This document shows positions 37,085 to 49,290 of a stretch of DNA of 64,000 nucleotides, piece after piece. Below the pieces are notes generated by a model. It saw only the letters and a program-made list of their open reading frames with translations. It was not told the origin of the DNA and did no database searches. How positions within the stretch are numbered: the stretch's first letter is position 1; each line of letters opens with the position of its first letter. Both the position numbers and the translations under genes were made by a program. The stretch comes from Octopus sinensis (taxonomy: Eukaryota), in NCBI RefSeq assembly GCF_006345805.1, contig NC_042999.1:164300001-164364000 (forward strand). Reading direction: 5' to 3'.

Positions 37085-37383
37085 GCCAGTGGCACGTAAA
37101 AAGCACCATCCGACCATGGCCGTTGCCAGCTTCGTCTGGTCCCCGTGCCAGTGGCATGTAAAAAGCACCATCCGATCGTGGTCATTTGCCAGCCTCGTCT
37201 GGCACGTAAAAAGCACCCACTACACTCTCAGAGTGGTTGGCGTTAGGAAGGGCATCCAGCTGTAGAAACTCTACCAGATCAGATTGGGCCTGGTGCAGCC
37301 TTCTGGCTTCCCAGACCCCAGTTGAACCGTCCAACCCATGCCAGCATGGAAAGCGGACGTTAAACGATGATGATGATGATGAT
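37085..37383 (+). mobile_element. RTE LINE 3' UTR with internal tandem units and (GAT)n tail
   Basis: Repeated gtggcacgtaaaaagcacc units, then the tail shared with 59640-59830. Confidence 0.9.
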
Positions 37384-39060
37384 CACCATCTGTTGGAATT
37401 GATTGATTTGTTGATTAGGAGACACTGCTTCTCTTGATAGCCTTTCATAATGATATTTGGCTGATCTGCTTAACTTTTCCTCTCTACGAATTGTCACACT
37501 TCCGAGTATGCTCTTTATGTTATCTTTTATCTCTTAATTGTGTTAGTCGTTGGGCTGTGGTCATGCTTGAAGGGTTTTAGTTGATCAAATCAACTCCAGT
37601 AATTATTTTTTAAGTCTGATACTAATTTTATTCTGTCTATTTTGCTGTGATGCTAAGTCATGGATGTGTAAACAAATAAACAGCAGTTGTGATGCAGTGG
37701 GGTGGGTATACACACACACACACATACACACACTCACATACAGAGGCATACACACACACACACACACACACACACAATTTTCTGAAAAGTATGTGTAAAT
37801 GGTGAGCAAAGTCCATATGAATGAGTCTACTTTTAGCATGTGCTTGTAGGGTTGGGAAGAACGGAGAGAGAACATTTACCTTTATTAGTTTGTCGTTCTG
37901 GATCTGTGCTGTTTCTTGGGATTTCTCATTTTACACCACTTTTGGTTTGCTATGTCTTATTTTTATCAAAATTAATTCTGCATCAATACTCACTCTTTTT
38001 GTGATTTCTCTTTATAATATTCTCTTCATCTACTGTTCCTGTCGTGAAAAAATAAAAGAAAATATGATTATTATTTCCAAATATTGAAAGGAACAAATAT
38101 CACTATTAGTGTGCCCAGAAAAAGTAATTCTTACCAAGATTACATAAGATAAACATTAAAAAAAAAATCTTTTTTCCTTTTTCATCAACAAAGGTCTTCT
38201 GTATATTTAAATGTTTACCCCATTCTCTAGAGTGGAAAAGAATGATCAGGCTTAGATATTTTACTGTAAACATATATTTGCAAACATCCATTTTGTTTGT
38301 TTGGGTGTCTTTCTGTATGGCTACCTGTGTAGTGGTGAAAGGAGATTCTGGCCTCAACAGGGGTAACAATGAATATGACTCACCCCACAAAACATTTTGC
38401 AGGACACAGGCTGCTAAAAAAGAAAGAAAAGCCAGAAACAAAAATGAGGATTGAACAACTGCATGTGTCAAGTCTATGCAGAAGGAAAAAGCATGGAAGA
38501 AGTTTGTCATAGTAGTGGGTGCCTTTTAGTCCATGGAAGAGCAGGAAGGAAAATGACAGGATGAAGGGCATCTTGCTTCATGTTTGGGGGTAACATTAAC
38601 AAAAGGTAACAGCAGAAACAGAAACAACAGGTGTCTAAGGGGAATACCACGGCTGCTTCTGTTATGTTTGTTTTTACAGAAACACTAGTTATAGCTCTAA
38701 GTATAGCCTCAGTAGAAGCAAAGACAAGTGGAATTGTTTCAGTTTCAGTGCCATTTACATTAGAGAATATAAGGTTGGGTACTGGATAGATGAGTTAGGG
38801 CATTGAGGATCTCCTCCTCCAACACAGGATTTATTAGAAGCTCTGAGCAGTAGTTCCACTCCATGTTACTGTGAGGAAGAGGCAATAACAACTGGAGAAA
38901 GTTTGCAGGAAGAGCTCAGAATTGTAGATTGCTCTGATCCGAAATAGGTGGTTGTTTCTCATTCCTAATTTCTTACTTCTTGTACTAAATTTGGAACCTG
39001 TTTAATGTGTATTACTTTTTGCTACCTACCCACTTTTATCATTTGTGTATGTGTATATAT

Positions 39061-39098
<38 letters not shown>

Positions 39099-39173
39099 CT
39101 GGCAGTGTTGATAGCCCAGTATTTGGGTTGTTTCCTTAGAAATACCCCTTACACTCAACCAGGACCTTATATA

Positions 39174-39491
39174 TCATCATCATCATCATCATCATCATTT
39201 AGCGTCCGCTTTCCATGCTAGCATGGGTTGGACGGTTCAACTGGGGTCTGGGAAGCCAGGAGGCTGCACCAGGCCCAGTCTTATCTGGTAATGTTTCTAC
39301 AGCTGGATGCCCTTCCTAATGCCAACCACTCCGTGAGTGTAGTGGATGCTTTTTACGTGCCACCGGCACGGGGGCCAGGCGAGGCTGGCAACGGCCACAA
39401 ATGGATGGTGCTTTTACGTGCCACCGGCACGGAGGCCAGTCAGGGTGGGGCTTGCAACAGCCACGGTCGGATGGTGCTTTTTACATGCCAC
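39174..39491 (-). mobile_element. RTE LINE 3' UTR with internal tandem units and (GAT)n tail
   Basis: Reverse complement of the 37085-37383 type. Confidence 0.9.
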
Positions 39492-39567
39492 ACACATTAT
39501 TTATATCTATAAACAGCTTATAAGGTTTTTTATTATATAAAAACATTGAACAGTGACAAAATTAAAG

Positions 39568-39569
<2 letters not shown>

Positions 39570-39622
<53 letters not shown>

Positions 39623-39635
39623 GTGTGTGTGTGTA
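39570..39635. repeat. (CA)n followed by (GT)n, self-complementary microsatellite
   Basis: Direct reading of the sequence. Confidence 0.9.
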
Positions 39636-40101
39636 TACATCCCTATACATTTTGTATTGTATGTATGAGCCTTTGTGGCCAATAAAGAAATAATTAGTGG
39701 CAATATTAAAGAAAATTTAAACAAATCAGTGTTAAATCACTGCAGTTAATCTCACCCAGCAAGATAATCATTCTCAGACTACTTTCCCATTCCCCAACCC
39801 TGTTCAATGGATTAATAACAATCTAACTTCCCACTTTAGACGATGAGATGTGGATGCTATGATGTTGGTGATTATTGTTATCTTGATAGAAGCCCTGATG
39901 TAGCAGATCTATAATCAGAAGCATTCCATCCATGGCCATCTATATTTTTACTTAACATAGTGTGTCTAGATCTTAATTGTTAAATGTTTCTTTTTTTTTT
40001 TTGCTTTTAAGATTGAAGGTGTGATTATATGAGGGAGATATGGCCGCTGTTTCTCGCAGATTGCATGTTCATGTTAAAGATTCCTTGTCAATTCAATGAC
40101 A

Positions 40102-40206
40102 CTGATGGTATTCGTGATATTGATGCAGGAGGTGTGAGTGATGCTGGTGTTGCTGATGGTATTCGTGATATTGATGCAGGAGGTGTGAGTGATGCTGGTG
40201 TTGCTG
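40102..40206. repeat. Perfect tandem duplication, 51-bp unit x2
   Basis: ctgatggtattcgtgatattgatgcaggaggtgtgagtgatgctggtgttg starts at 40102 and again at 40153. Confidence 0.95.
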
Positions 40207-40764
40207 CTGTTGGTATCAATAATGTGAAGGGTGTCGATGAGGAGGATGAACTTTGAAGGTCATATTATGTTTGGATGAGATCATAACTCTGCAGGAAGAG
40301 ACCACATAGGTATATCACATGTTGTTGGCAGGGAAGAGAGGCAAGAGATATGAACAACATGATGAGATGCTGATGACAAATGGTAAGCATAAAGGTAATC
40401 ATAGCAAGGATAATAATCGAGAGTAAAGTCTGAAGGATGGTTAACTTGAAATGAGATCGTTTAGAAGGAAAAGAGATTTGACATCTTCAATTATAATAAA
40501 CTTTTACTTTCTGTTCAGATGTAATATAAAGCAACAAGCTAACGTGGGAGCCTATACATGGTTTCTTAACTGCTAGAAATAATAGCAAAATGTCCTTGCA
40601 ATCACAGCCTATCTTAGTTAAGAAAGGAGACATTGGATAATGTAGATTGAAATATAATTACCATACCTGAAAAAAAAAAAAGAAAAGAAAAGTGATGGTT
40701 ATGGTTGGAATGTTCTTGATCATGGGTTTATTCAATCAGTTCTGAACAGGAATTCAACAACAAC

Positions 40765-41218
40765 ATGGCTGTGTGGTTAGAAGTTTGTTTCCCAACCACA
40801 TGATTCTGGGTTCAGTCCTACTGTGTGGCACTTTAGGTAAGTGTGTTCTACTATAACCTTGGGCTGACCAAAGCCTTGTGAGCGGATTTGGTCGATAGAA
40901 ACTGAAAGAAGCCTATTGTGTGTGTGTAACCCATGCTAGCATGGAAAGCGGACGTTAAACGATGATGATGATGATATATATATATATAATGTGTGTATAT
41001 GTGTGTGTCTGTGTTTGTCCCCTACCATCACTTGACAATCAGTGTTAGTGTGTTTACATCCCTGTAACTTAGCAATTTGGTTATAGAGGCAGATAGAATA
41101 TGTATCAGGCTTAAAACACAAAATAAGTCCTGGGGTTGATTTGTTCAACTAAAATTCTTCAAGGTGATGCACCAGCATGGCCACAGTCTAATGACTGAAA
41201 CAAGTGAAAGAACAAAAG
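40765..41218 (+). mobile_element. SINE-A with a nested RTE tail fragment (40929-40976)
   Basis: SINE-A head, body and tail interrupted by aacccatgctagcatggaaagcggacgttaaacgatgatgatg. Confidence 0.85.
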
Positions 41219-41364
41219 AATGACAACAAAAGCAAAAATGTGTCCTGTAGATGTTTTTGTCATTGGATTATCAGCAAAAGTATCACCTTGGCAACACCTT
41301 CAGCTTATTGACTACTTCTAGAAATCACAGCTTTCTAAAGCCAAAGAGGATGCTATAATCAAAT

Positions 41365-41396
<32 letters not shown>

Positions 41397-41779
41397 GGAA
41401 AGAGAGAGAGTGAGAGAGAGCACTTTAAATGATTGCATGGCCTACTAGAAAAAACAGCCAAATTTCATTTGAATCAAACTTTTTTGTCTTAAAAAAGCAG
41501 ACATTAGGTAATGTAGTTCTCGATAAACTTCAAATAAATAAATAAAGATAGAATGGCCATGGCTGGAACACTTTATTCATAGGTTGACTTAGGCAATCTG
41601 TACTTAAACAACCACAATATCTACTATGCAGAGTAAATGGCTCAGTTAGATGTAGAACCTGTGTTGTAACTTTGACAAACTTCGGTTTGAATCTTCGCCT
41701 ATTAACAGGTAATTTTATTCTTTATTTACTTGTTTTGCTCACCTGTACCCATAGACAGGTTTAGTCAACGAGTAAGCTG

Positions 41780-41995
41780 GTATGGTATTGCTCAGCCTGT
41801 TAGAAATAGCAGTGACTTTTCTCTTGAATTATATCTTAACATCATTAAAAATATATATATAAGTTAAGCAAGGTAACATAGTATTATATAGTCCTTGGTA
41901 TACCATGCCTGAGAAAACGTATTAGTCATGACTGGAACACCTTTGATAATTAGTCTGCTCAATTACAGGTGACCTGAGGCTAAGCAATAACAACA
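41780..41995. mobile_element. Old abundant interspersed repeat, class unassigned (representative copy; others at about 21125, 21885, 27780, 31135, 40540, 41425, 42340, 43000, 49610 and 61855)
   Basis: Recurrent decayed motifs gttgtttagccccaggtcagccctgat..., ccagccatgaccatc and gatttggctgctatttctagc. Confidence 0.6.
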
Positions 41996-43337
41996 ACTTA
42001 GACATATGTGCAATTTTGAAGTCTAGAAATGTACAGTTCTGCAGCAAGGTTTGAAAGTATGAAATGGTGAAATTAGCTATTCTTATTGTGCAGGCTGCAT
42101 TACTAGTTTAGCGCCAAGTGCAGTAAGTGAAGCTACTAACACACCGTAGCACTTACATAACAGTGGTGGGTGATCTCATTTGAAGCTATACAAACATTGT
42201 GAGACTTACAAGAGGGTGGAATGTGATGGGTCTGATGTGAAGGTTTACTAACAAACTCTATTTATACAAGCGTAGTCATAATGATGTTGGATGTTAAGCA
42301 AAGCTGCTAACACAAAGATAGCAGTGGATCTGATGTGATACTTGTTATTGATGTTTAGCACCAGGTCAGCTTTGATGTTCATCACATTCCTGTCATCTAC
42401 ATTGTCTTTCTTTTAGATGCTTCGTTTTGATGTCAAGTCCATATGATCTGTTCTGTTTTTTTCTTAAAGATAGTACTGTGTGATCTTCATGAAACTTTGC
42501 TGTTATTTCTAGTATCTCACCCTGTATTAGTTACTCAAGGATAGGTTGGTAAATCTGATGTGAAGTTAGGAATATACTGTTGAACTTGTTTAAAGTTTGG
42601 ATTGTTAGAGCTTTGCCACTTCGTCTACCAACTTGAATTACATCGGGGCATCATGATATTCAGTACATCCTCTGGTAGTAACCCCCAAAATTCACTATCT
42701 CTTTGTTAAGTTGGAAAGGTCTGTTCTTTGGCATCTGTCTCATGAGACTATTTGTATGTACCTGGGAAAATTTGTATCAGTCTGTGTTCGTAGAATGAGG
42801 TGACATTGTACTGTCCTTTCCAGGATGTAAGCCTAGGCAAGATTGTAGTGGGGTGACTAAGTCTTCCATACAGCTAGTCTTCCTGCTCCACACCACCGGT
42901 GTTGTCCAAAGGAAGAGGAACAGCTAATACAGATTAGCACTAGTATTGTCATAGTTGTCAGAACAAAGTTAATACATTTCAAAATCACAGCTGCTTGAAT
43001 TGTGTTGTTGGTGTTTAACCCTAGGTCAGTCTTGATTGAGTAGACCTTGACTTAAATGTGTTTCTGGTATAATATTTAAGACAGTAGTGTGTGATTTGAG
43101 ATGTGGCTGCTACTTTTCGCTGATCAAATGACCATCTAGCTGCCTTCATCCGTTATTCTAGTAGTCTTCTTTAGTTTTGATGAAGATATTGTTGGGCAGT
43201 CTATTTGTCTGACCATCATCATCAGCGTTATTATTATTTTAATGTCAGATATCTGCAGTTTTGTCAATAGATATGTCATCAGATGTGCGATGCTCATCAT
43301 TATGAGATCTAATTCCACCTTTTCTTCCTAGTTTCTG

Positions 43338-43611
43338 ACACTTATTCTATCAGTATCTTTTGCCAAACTGCTAAGTTACAGGGATGTAAACACATGAACA
43401 CTGGCTGTCAAGCAGTGATGGGGACAAAAAGACACACACACACACACACACACGATGGGCTTCTTTCAGTTTCCATATACCAAATCTACTCATAAGGCTT
43501 TGGTCAGCCTGAAGCTATAGGAGAAGACATTTGCTCAAGGTGCCATGCAGTGAGACTGAAACTGGAACCAGGTGGTTGGGAAGCAAGCTTCTAACAACAC
43601 AACCATGCCTG
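43338..43611 (-). mobile_element. SINE-A, CpG-decayed
   Basis: cttattctatcagtatcttttgccaaactgctaag...ggttgggaagcaagcttct. Confidence 0.85.
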
Positions 43612-44331
43612 CTCTTGTTTTCGTTTTCAGATACCATCCATCATAACTTTTGTTACAATGCTTTTATGAAGCAAGTATTATTCACTTAGATTACTTGCCT
43701 CTATCTGTCTACCGAGTAATCTAACCACCTGTAATCTAACCACCTGTATACCTAATTCTAGACGTATATGAACATGCACGCAAACAAGAACATATGTGGA
43801 AATGTTTTTCTCACGCGCACACACATGCACACACACACACACACACATTCTATGTCTCACATAATCACCCACACACACGCAAACACCCAGAAATCACTTA
43901 CATTATACAAGTATTAGTCTTTCTTGTAGTCACAAGGGAAAAATAAACATAAAATGAAAGCTAAATAAAACAAGATTAAAACCATAAAATATATAGTAAT
44001 GAGGTAACAAGTGTAAGTTGTTTAATTACCACCCATTTCAGTTAGTGTTTGCTAACTACTGGTTAACTCCTTGGAGATGAAACCTACTAATTCATCTATA
44101 CTGAATTAGATAACTATTTTCATAAAATACTAAAAGAATAATTATTGTTTAAAATATCCCAGTAGATATTTCAGAAGTCGTATCTGTGCAGTGAGCTGTT
44201 CTGTCTTTTAGAAGAACTGATAGGATTCGACATGGATTGTCTTTTATGTGTTGCCTCTTCACCTCTATCACAGCATAATTCAAAGTAAAACAGATTAGAT
44301 GATACAGTAAAAAGAAACAAGACTGCATTAG

Positions 44332-44742
44332 TATTGGTTCAAAATTTTGGCACCAGGTCAGTAATTTTGGGAGAGAAAGTTAGTTGATTACATTGATATC
44401 TGAAAAAACAGAACAGATCATATGAACTTGACATGAAAACTAAGCATCAAAAAGAAAGACAATGTAGATGACAGGAATGTGATGAACATCAAAGCTGACC
44501 TGGTGCTAAACAGCAATAACAAGTATCACATCAGATCCACTGCTATCTTTGTGTTAGCAGCTTTGCTTAACATCCAACACCATTGACCCCTGTGCTCCTC
44601 ATCTGGTATATATTTTATTGAACCCGAAAGGGTGAAAGGCAAAGTTAACTCTGGTAAAATTTGAACTCAGATCATAAAGAGGGATGAAATGCTGCTAGGC
44701 TTCTTGCCAGGTGTGCTAACGATTCTGCCAGCTCGTTGCCTT
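44332..44742 (-). mobile_element. SINE-B (tail type 3) split by a 184-bp locally templated insertion (44397-44580)
   Basis: SINE sequence gattacattga stops at 44396 and resumes at 44581 as cattgacccc. Confidence 0.8.
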
Positions 44743-44973
44743 CAGACAGCATTAATGTTAAAACATTAGAATCTGAGAAACCTTGTGATGATCTTTATCT
44801 GCCAATAGCAGTGCAAGACATTCAAATAATGGAGGCATCAGATTTATTCCACTGTTTGAACTTCTTTAATTAAACTTGTTACACACCAAAATGATTATTT
44901 AAAATTATGTAACGAACATCTGCAGCTCAATAGAGAAAAGAAGTGTGTATGTGTGTGTGTATATATATATACA

Positions 44974-45128
44974 CTCACGGAGTGATTGGTGTTAGGAAGG
45001 GAATCCAGCTGTAGAAACACTGCCAGATCTGACTGGCCTGGTGCAGCCTTCTGGCTTCCCAGATCCCAGTTGAACCGTCCAACCCATGCTAGCATGGAAA
45101 GCGGACGTTAAATGATGATGATGATGAT
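44974..45128 (+). mobile_element. RTE LINE 3' tail fragment with (GAT)n
   Basis: acactcacggagtg..gcatggaaagcggacgttaaatgatgatg. Confidence 0.9.
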
Positions 45129-47136
45129 ATATATATATAAGAACACTTTGTGTGTGTTGGGTGGTTGGTGGCAGAGTTGTTCAGCTTCAGAAAAAACACC
45201 TTGTGCAATTTATCCTGGCTTTGTATGTGATGCATTCAAACTCCACCAATGTTAACTTTGACTTGCTTCCTTCTTGTGTCAGTAAAGAAACTAAAGCACT
45301 AGTACTAATTAGGTACTGGCTTCAATATAATTAATTAAAAATCAAGAGTTGGTAGGTATCTGTAAGGCAGTCCTTTATAGTTTTTAACTTTGTTCTTGAC
45401 AATTTCTGCAATGACATTGGCAGAAACTGTATCAGCCCTTCTCTTGGACAAAGTCAATGATGTGGAGAGGAGGTGGTCTGCTACATGGGCAACTACTGGT
45501 TTTCTATACAGATTTGTTCAGGCCTGGTATTAGCATTAGTTTCGCTAGCACAGGTAGCTGAGGAAAAAGTGGCTGAAAAGAGGTTAATTGCCTCACTGTG
45601 CTCTACCAATAAAGACCAAAGCAAGTCTTTCTAGCTGCAAATCCATGGTTCCTTGCTGCCTATAGATACCAAAGAATATGCATGTATGAGGGTGTATGCA
45701 TGCATGCATATACATATGTACATTCTGCAGGTAATAATTATAAGCTTTAAGCTTATAAGCATTCACCATATATTGACTATAGAAAATAGTCTAATATTGG
45801 GACATATAAGCCCTTGACAGTTAAAAAAACAACTATTAGTACACACAGGATTTGAATCAGCCTAGCATTAAATTTTTGGTCCATTAAATCAGGCAAGCAG
45901 TCTTATAAATCAGTGTTTCTTGGTGGTAAGTAGGGACTTTAAGAATTGAAAAGTGAGTGGTTAAACTAGTGTGTTTAACACAATTAAGTTGGCTTAAAAC
46001 TTTTTGAATTTATCCAACTTAACCATTGTTTGTAAAGAATAATATAAATGCAAACTCTGTTTTGTCATATTGATAAAGAGAATGGAAGGTAAAAAAAAAA
46101 AGCTACATTAATATTTTATGTGTGGGAACCTGGTATTTGTTAGTTTGAGAAGCCTTGTTTTCATGGGTTAACTATTTTATTTGCTATAACATTCCACAAT
46201 GGTAACCAAACCAACAAGAGAGCCTTTAATGTGATGATTGTTTGACCTGTACTGACATTTCCTTCAATCATATCCGACTGTTTTTAAAAGTGGAGCAAGT
46301 ATTGGATAATGTACTCTTAGCTGTGGTCACACACAAAAAAAAAGAAAATGGTAAAAGACTGGAACAGTTTTGATCATAGTTAATCAGAGTTAAATAACAA
46401 TAACCATTACCTGGATTTCTTTGCACCTGTCTCTATAAGTCATTCATAACTTCATCATTCTATTGCTAGAAAATTGCTTTTGGATTTCTTGTTTCCGAGG
46501 GTACCTTTTGAATGAATTCCAGACTTAAGTTTGTAGCTTTGTTCTTTTATCTTTTAATAATATTTAGATTTTCTTATTCTTTTATTTTTCACACCAAGCT
46601 TTAAAAAAATTGGTTTTATTAATCTAGGAAATGGCTTTTAATTTCCTTTTCTATTCACACCTACTTAACACATTTAAATGAGGGGTTATTCTCAACACTG
46701 CAGAGCCGCCGTCACTACCATGGCTGTTACCTCTCTACACCAACTCATTTGCAATAATGATGGAAAGTGGTGGGTTAAGTGGTGTTGTTGGTGATGGTGT
46801 AGGTAGTAGTGTTAGTGATGGTGATAGTCTTTGTAGCCTTGGTAGCGTTAGTGTTGTCGCTAGCATCGGTAGCTGAGGAAGAAGTGGCTGAAAAGAGGCT
46901 AATTGTTGTTTTCAGAAAATATTTCATGGTTGCACCTCATTTCACTTATTCTGGATATCATATTCTGGTAATAAGAAAAGCAACAAATGAACGAAGAAGG
47001 GTCCTGACAGCAGGGTGAGGATGACTGCAGGATGGAATTAAACATTGTCTAGGAATGAATGCGGAGGTCTGGTGATACAACAGCACTATTAATAATAATA
47101 ATGATGATGATAATAATAATAATGATAATAATAATA

Positions 47137-47642
47137 TGATTGGAAGTGTTATCATGTACATTGTTTTGTCTTGGTATAAAAGATGGGCTACAGCAAATAT
47201 TCTGCTCAATACCACAGATTTGCTTGTCAGTTGCTTGACCTTAACCAGTTGAGCATGTCCCTTAGTGGCTGACGATATGTGCATCTCTGATCACGAGCAG
47301 AAGTAGTGGGGGAGCATCATAGCCATGTGTTGAGAGGGATTCTTTGGGGTTTGAATAATTCACCTCTGGAAACATGGGTGGTTTTTTCAACATCCTTAAA
47401 CAACCCTTATTCAGGGACCGTTTGAGTGGGATGGGCTACTCAACCTGAAGAAGATTCTAACTGGGCCCCACCTGCAAGGTCATGTGCTGTTTTTCTTGAT
47501 ATGAGATCACCATGTCGCGCACATATGGTTGTGATGCATGTGCCTGGTGTACCTTTATCAGACGGGTAGTCATGATGGGTATATTGGGCTTCGTATATTT
47601 TACCCCAGTGTCACGTTGATGGCATGAACTGCTCTCTCACTC
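47137..47642. mobile_element. About 500-bp element bounded on both sides by (AAT)n; probable non-autonomous retroelement
   Basis: Complex non-coding sequence with relatively retained CpG between (AAT)n at about 47090-47136 and 47643-47657; family not identifiable from this window alone. Confidence 0.5.
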
Positions 47643-47657
47643 AATAATAATAATAAT

Positions 47658-47874
47658 CCTTTCTACTAAAGGCACAATGCCTGAAATTTTTGGGGAAGGG
47701 GTAAGTCGATTACATAGACCTCAGTACTTTAACTGGTACTTAATTTATCAATCCCAAAAGTATGAAAGGCAAAATCGACCTTAGCGGAATTTTGAACTCA
47801 GAACATAAAGACGGACGAAATGTTGATAAGCATTTTGCCTGGTGTTCTAACGATTCTGCCCGCTCACCACCTTT
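47658..47874 (-). mobile_element. SINE-B tail type 2, train copy 1
   Basis: Full head to tail, with (AAT)n on both sides. Confidence 0.9.
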
Positions 47875-47949
47875 AATAATAATAATAATGATAATAATGA
47901 TAATAATGATAATAATAATGATAATAATAATAATAATGATAATAATAAT

Positions 47950-48164
47950 CCTTTCTACTAAAGGCACAAGGCCTGAATTATTGGGGGCGGGGATTAGTAA
48001 ATTACATTGACTCCAGTATTTCACTGGTACTTAATATATCAACCCTGAAAGGATGAAAGGCAATGTTGATCTCAGCAGAATTTGAACTCAGAATGTAGTG
48101 ATGGGCAAAATACCATTAAGTATTTTACTTGGTGTGCTAATGATTCTGCCAGTTCGCTGCCTTT
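47950..48164 (-). mobile_element. SINE-B tail type 2, train copy 2
   Basis: Full head to tail, with (AAT/GAT)n at 47875-47949 and (AAT)n at 48165-48194. Confidence 0.9.
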
Positions 48165-48194
48165 ATTAATAATAATAATAATAATAATAATAAT

Positions 48195-48317
48195 CTTTTC
48201 TACTATAGGCAGAAGGCCTGAAATTTTGGGAGAGGAGATGAGTCGATTACATTGACCCCAGTACGTAACTGGTACTTAGTTTATTGAACCTGAAAGGGTA
48301 AAATGCAAAGTCAATCC
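48195..48317 (-). mobile_element. SINE-B tail type 2, train copy 3 (5'-truncated)
   Basis: Tail and core only. Confidence 0.85.
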
Positions 48318-48774
48318 TAACTTACTTCAAATTTTAGAGAAGGAGCAGAGTCAGTGATATTGACATAAGTACTTAACTGCTTCTTATTTAATCTACTATT
48401 GAATAGACAAAAAGCGAAAGGGCGACTTGGTAGGATTTCAGATATCAGAAAGAGTGTATTAGCATGGCCGCAGCTCTGAGCTGAAACTACAGAAAAAAAA
48501 AAAATGAGACTAAAAGACCACTAGGTATTTTGTTCTTTGTCCTACCAAACATCCAAATCACAACTTTTAATAAATAGATGAAGAATGTCTAAACGGATGA
48601 AAATATTGGACTAGCTTGTCTCAGGTTGTGAGTTCAGATTTTTTGTTGGTATTTTGTTGTTTCTGTTCTTCAGTCCACCTAGCTTTCTGCAATAGCTTCC
48701 TGTGATAGACAAATATTAGTACTATCAATAATGAGAGTGGAACCTAGCACACACTATCCCCAGTCCCAAAAGGA

Positions 48775-49290
48775 ATGACAAATCACAAAGTGCTGCCAAT
48801 TTACAAGATAGAAATTAATGGAACAACATTGAAACAAGTTGATAACTTTAGATATTTGGAACAGTTTGCACATGAAAAAGGAAAAACATTAAAGAAATGA
48901 GGTCAAGCATTGGAAAGACCAAAGCTGCTTTTGATGAAATCAAACATATATTGTAAAACAGCTATCAATGCAGAGATGTGGATCCTCAGATGAACGCTGA
49001 GGATACTCTATATAGATTAGAGTAACAAATTTCAAAGTCCTTAGATGAACAGAAACCTCCAGAAAATTTCTTAACAACATAAGGAGGCTACGTTCATTGG
49101 ACATTGTATAAAAAGGCAAATCTTTGAACACTTCATGGCTACTGGAAAACTGAAAGAGGCTAGAGAAGATAGTTACCAGCTGTTTACAGAAAGATAGATA
49201 TAGTAATTTGATAAGATGTGTGTTGGATGGAAAAGAGCTAAGGTCCATGATTGCCAGGGACTGTAGGCATGGTACTGGATGGAGAAGACA
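48775..49290 (+). mobile_element. RTE-clade LINE ORF2 C-terminal fragment, decayed
   Basis: IEINGTTLKQVDNFRYL, IGKTKAAFDEIKHIL, FIGHCIKRQIFEHFMATGKL. Confidence 0.8.

Noticed and set aside
40029-40256. ORF with repeated DGIRDIDAGGVSDAGVA
   Set aside because: It is explained by the 51-bp tandem duplication; no splice or homology support.
45311-45340. AG|GTACTGGC as kinase exon 2 (G-T-G...)
   Set aside because: No pyrimidine tract, and it reads GTGFNIIN* with no GxGxFG.
46916-47013. Exon-like segment (ttttcag| ... CAGG|GTGAGG)
   Set aside because: In the phase required by the kinase exon it hits a stop, and no frame is kinase-like.
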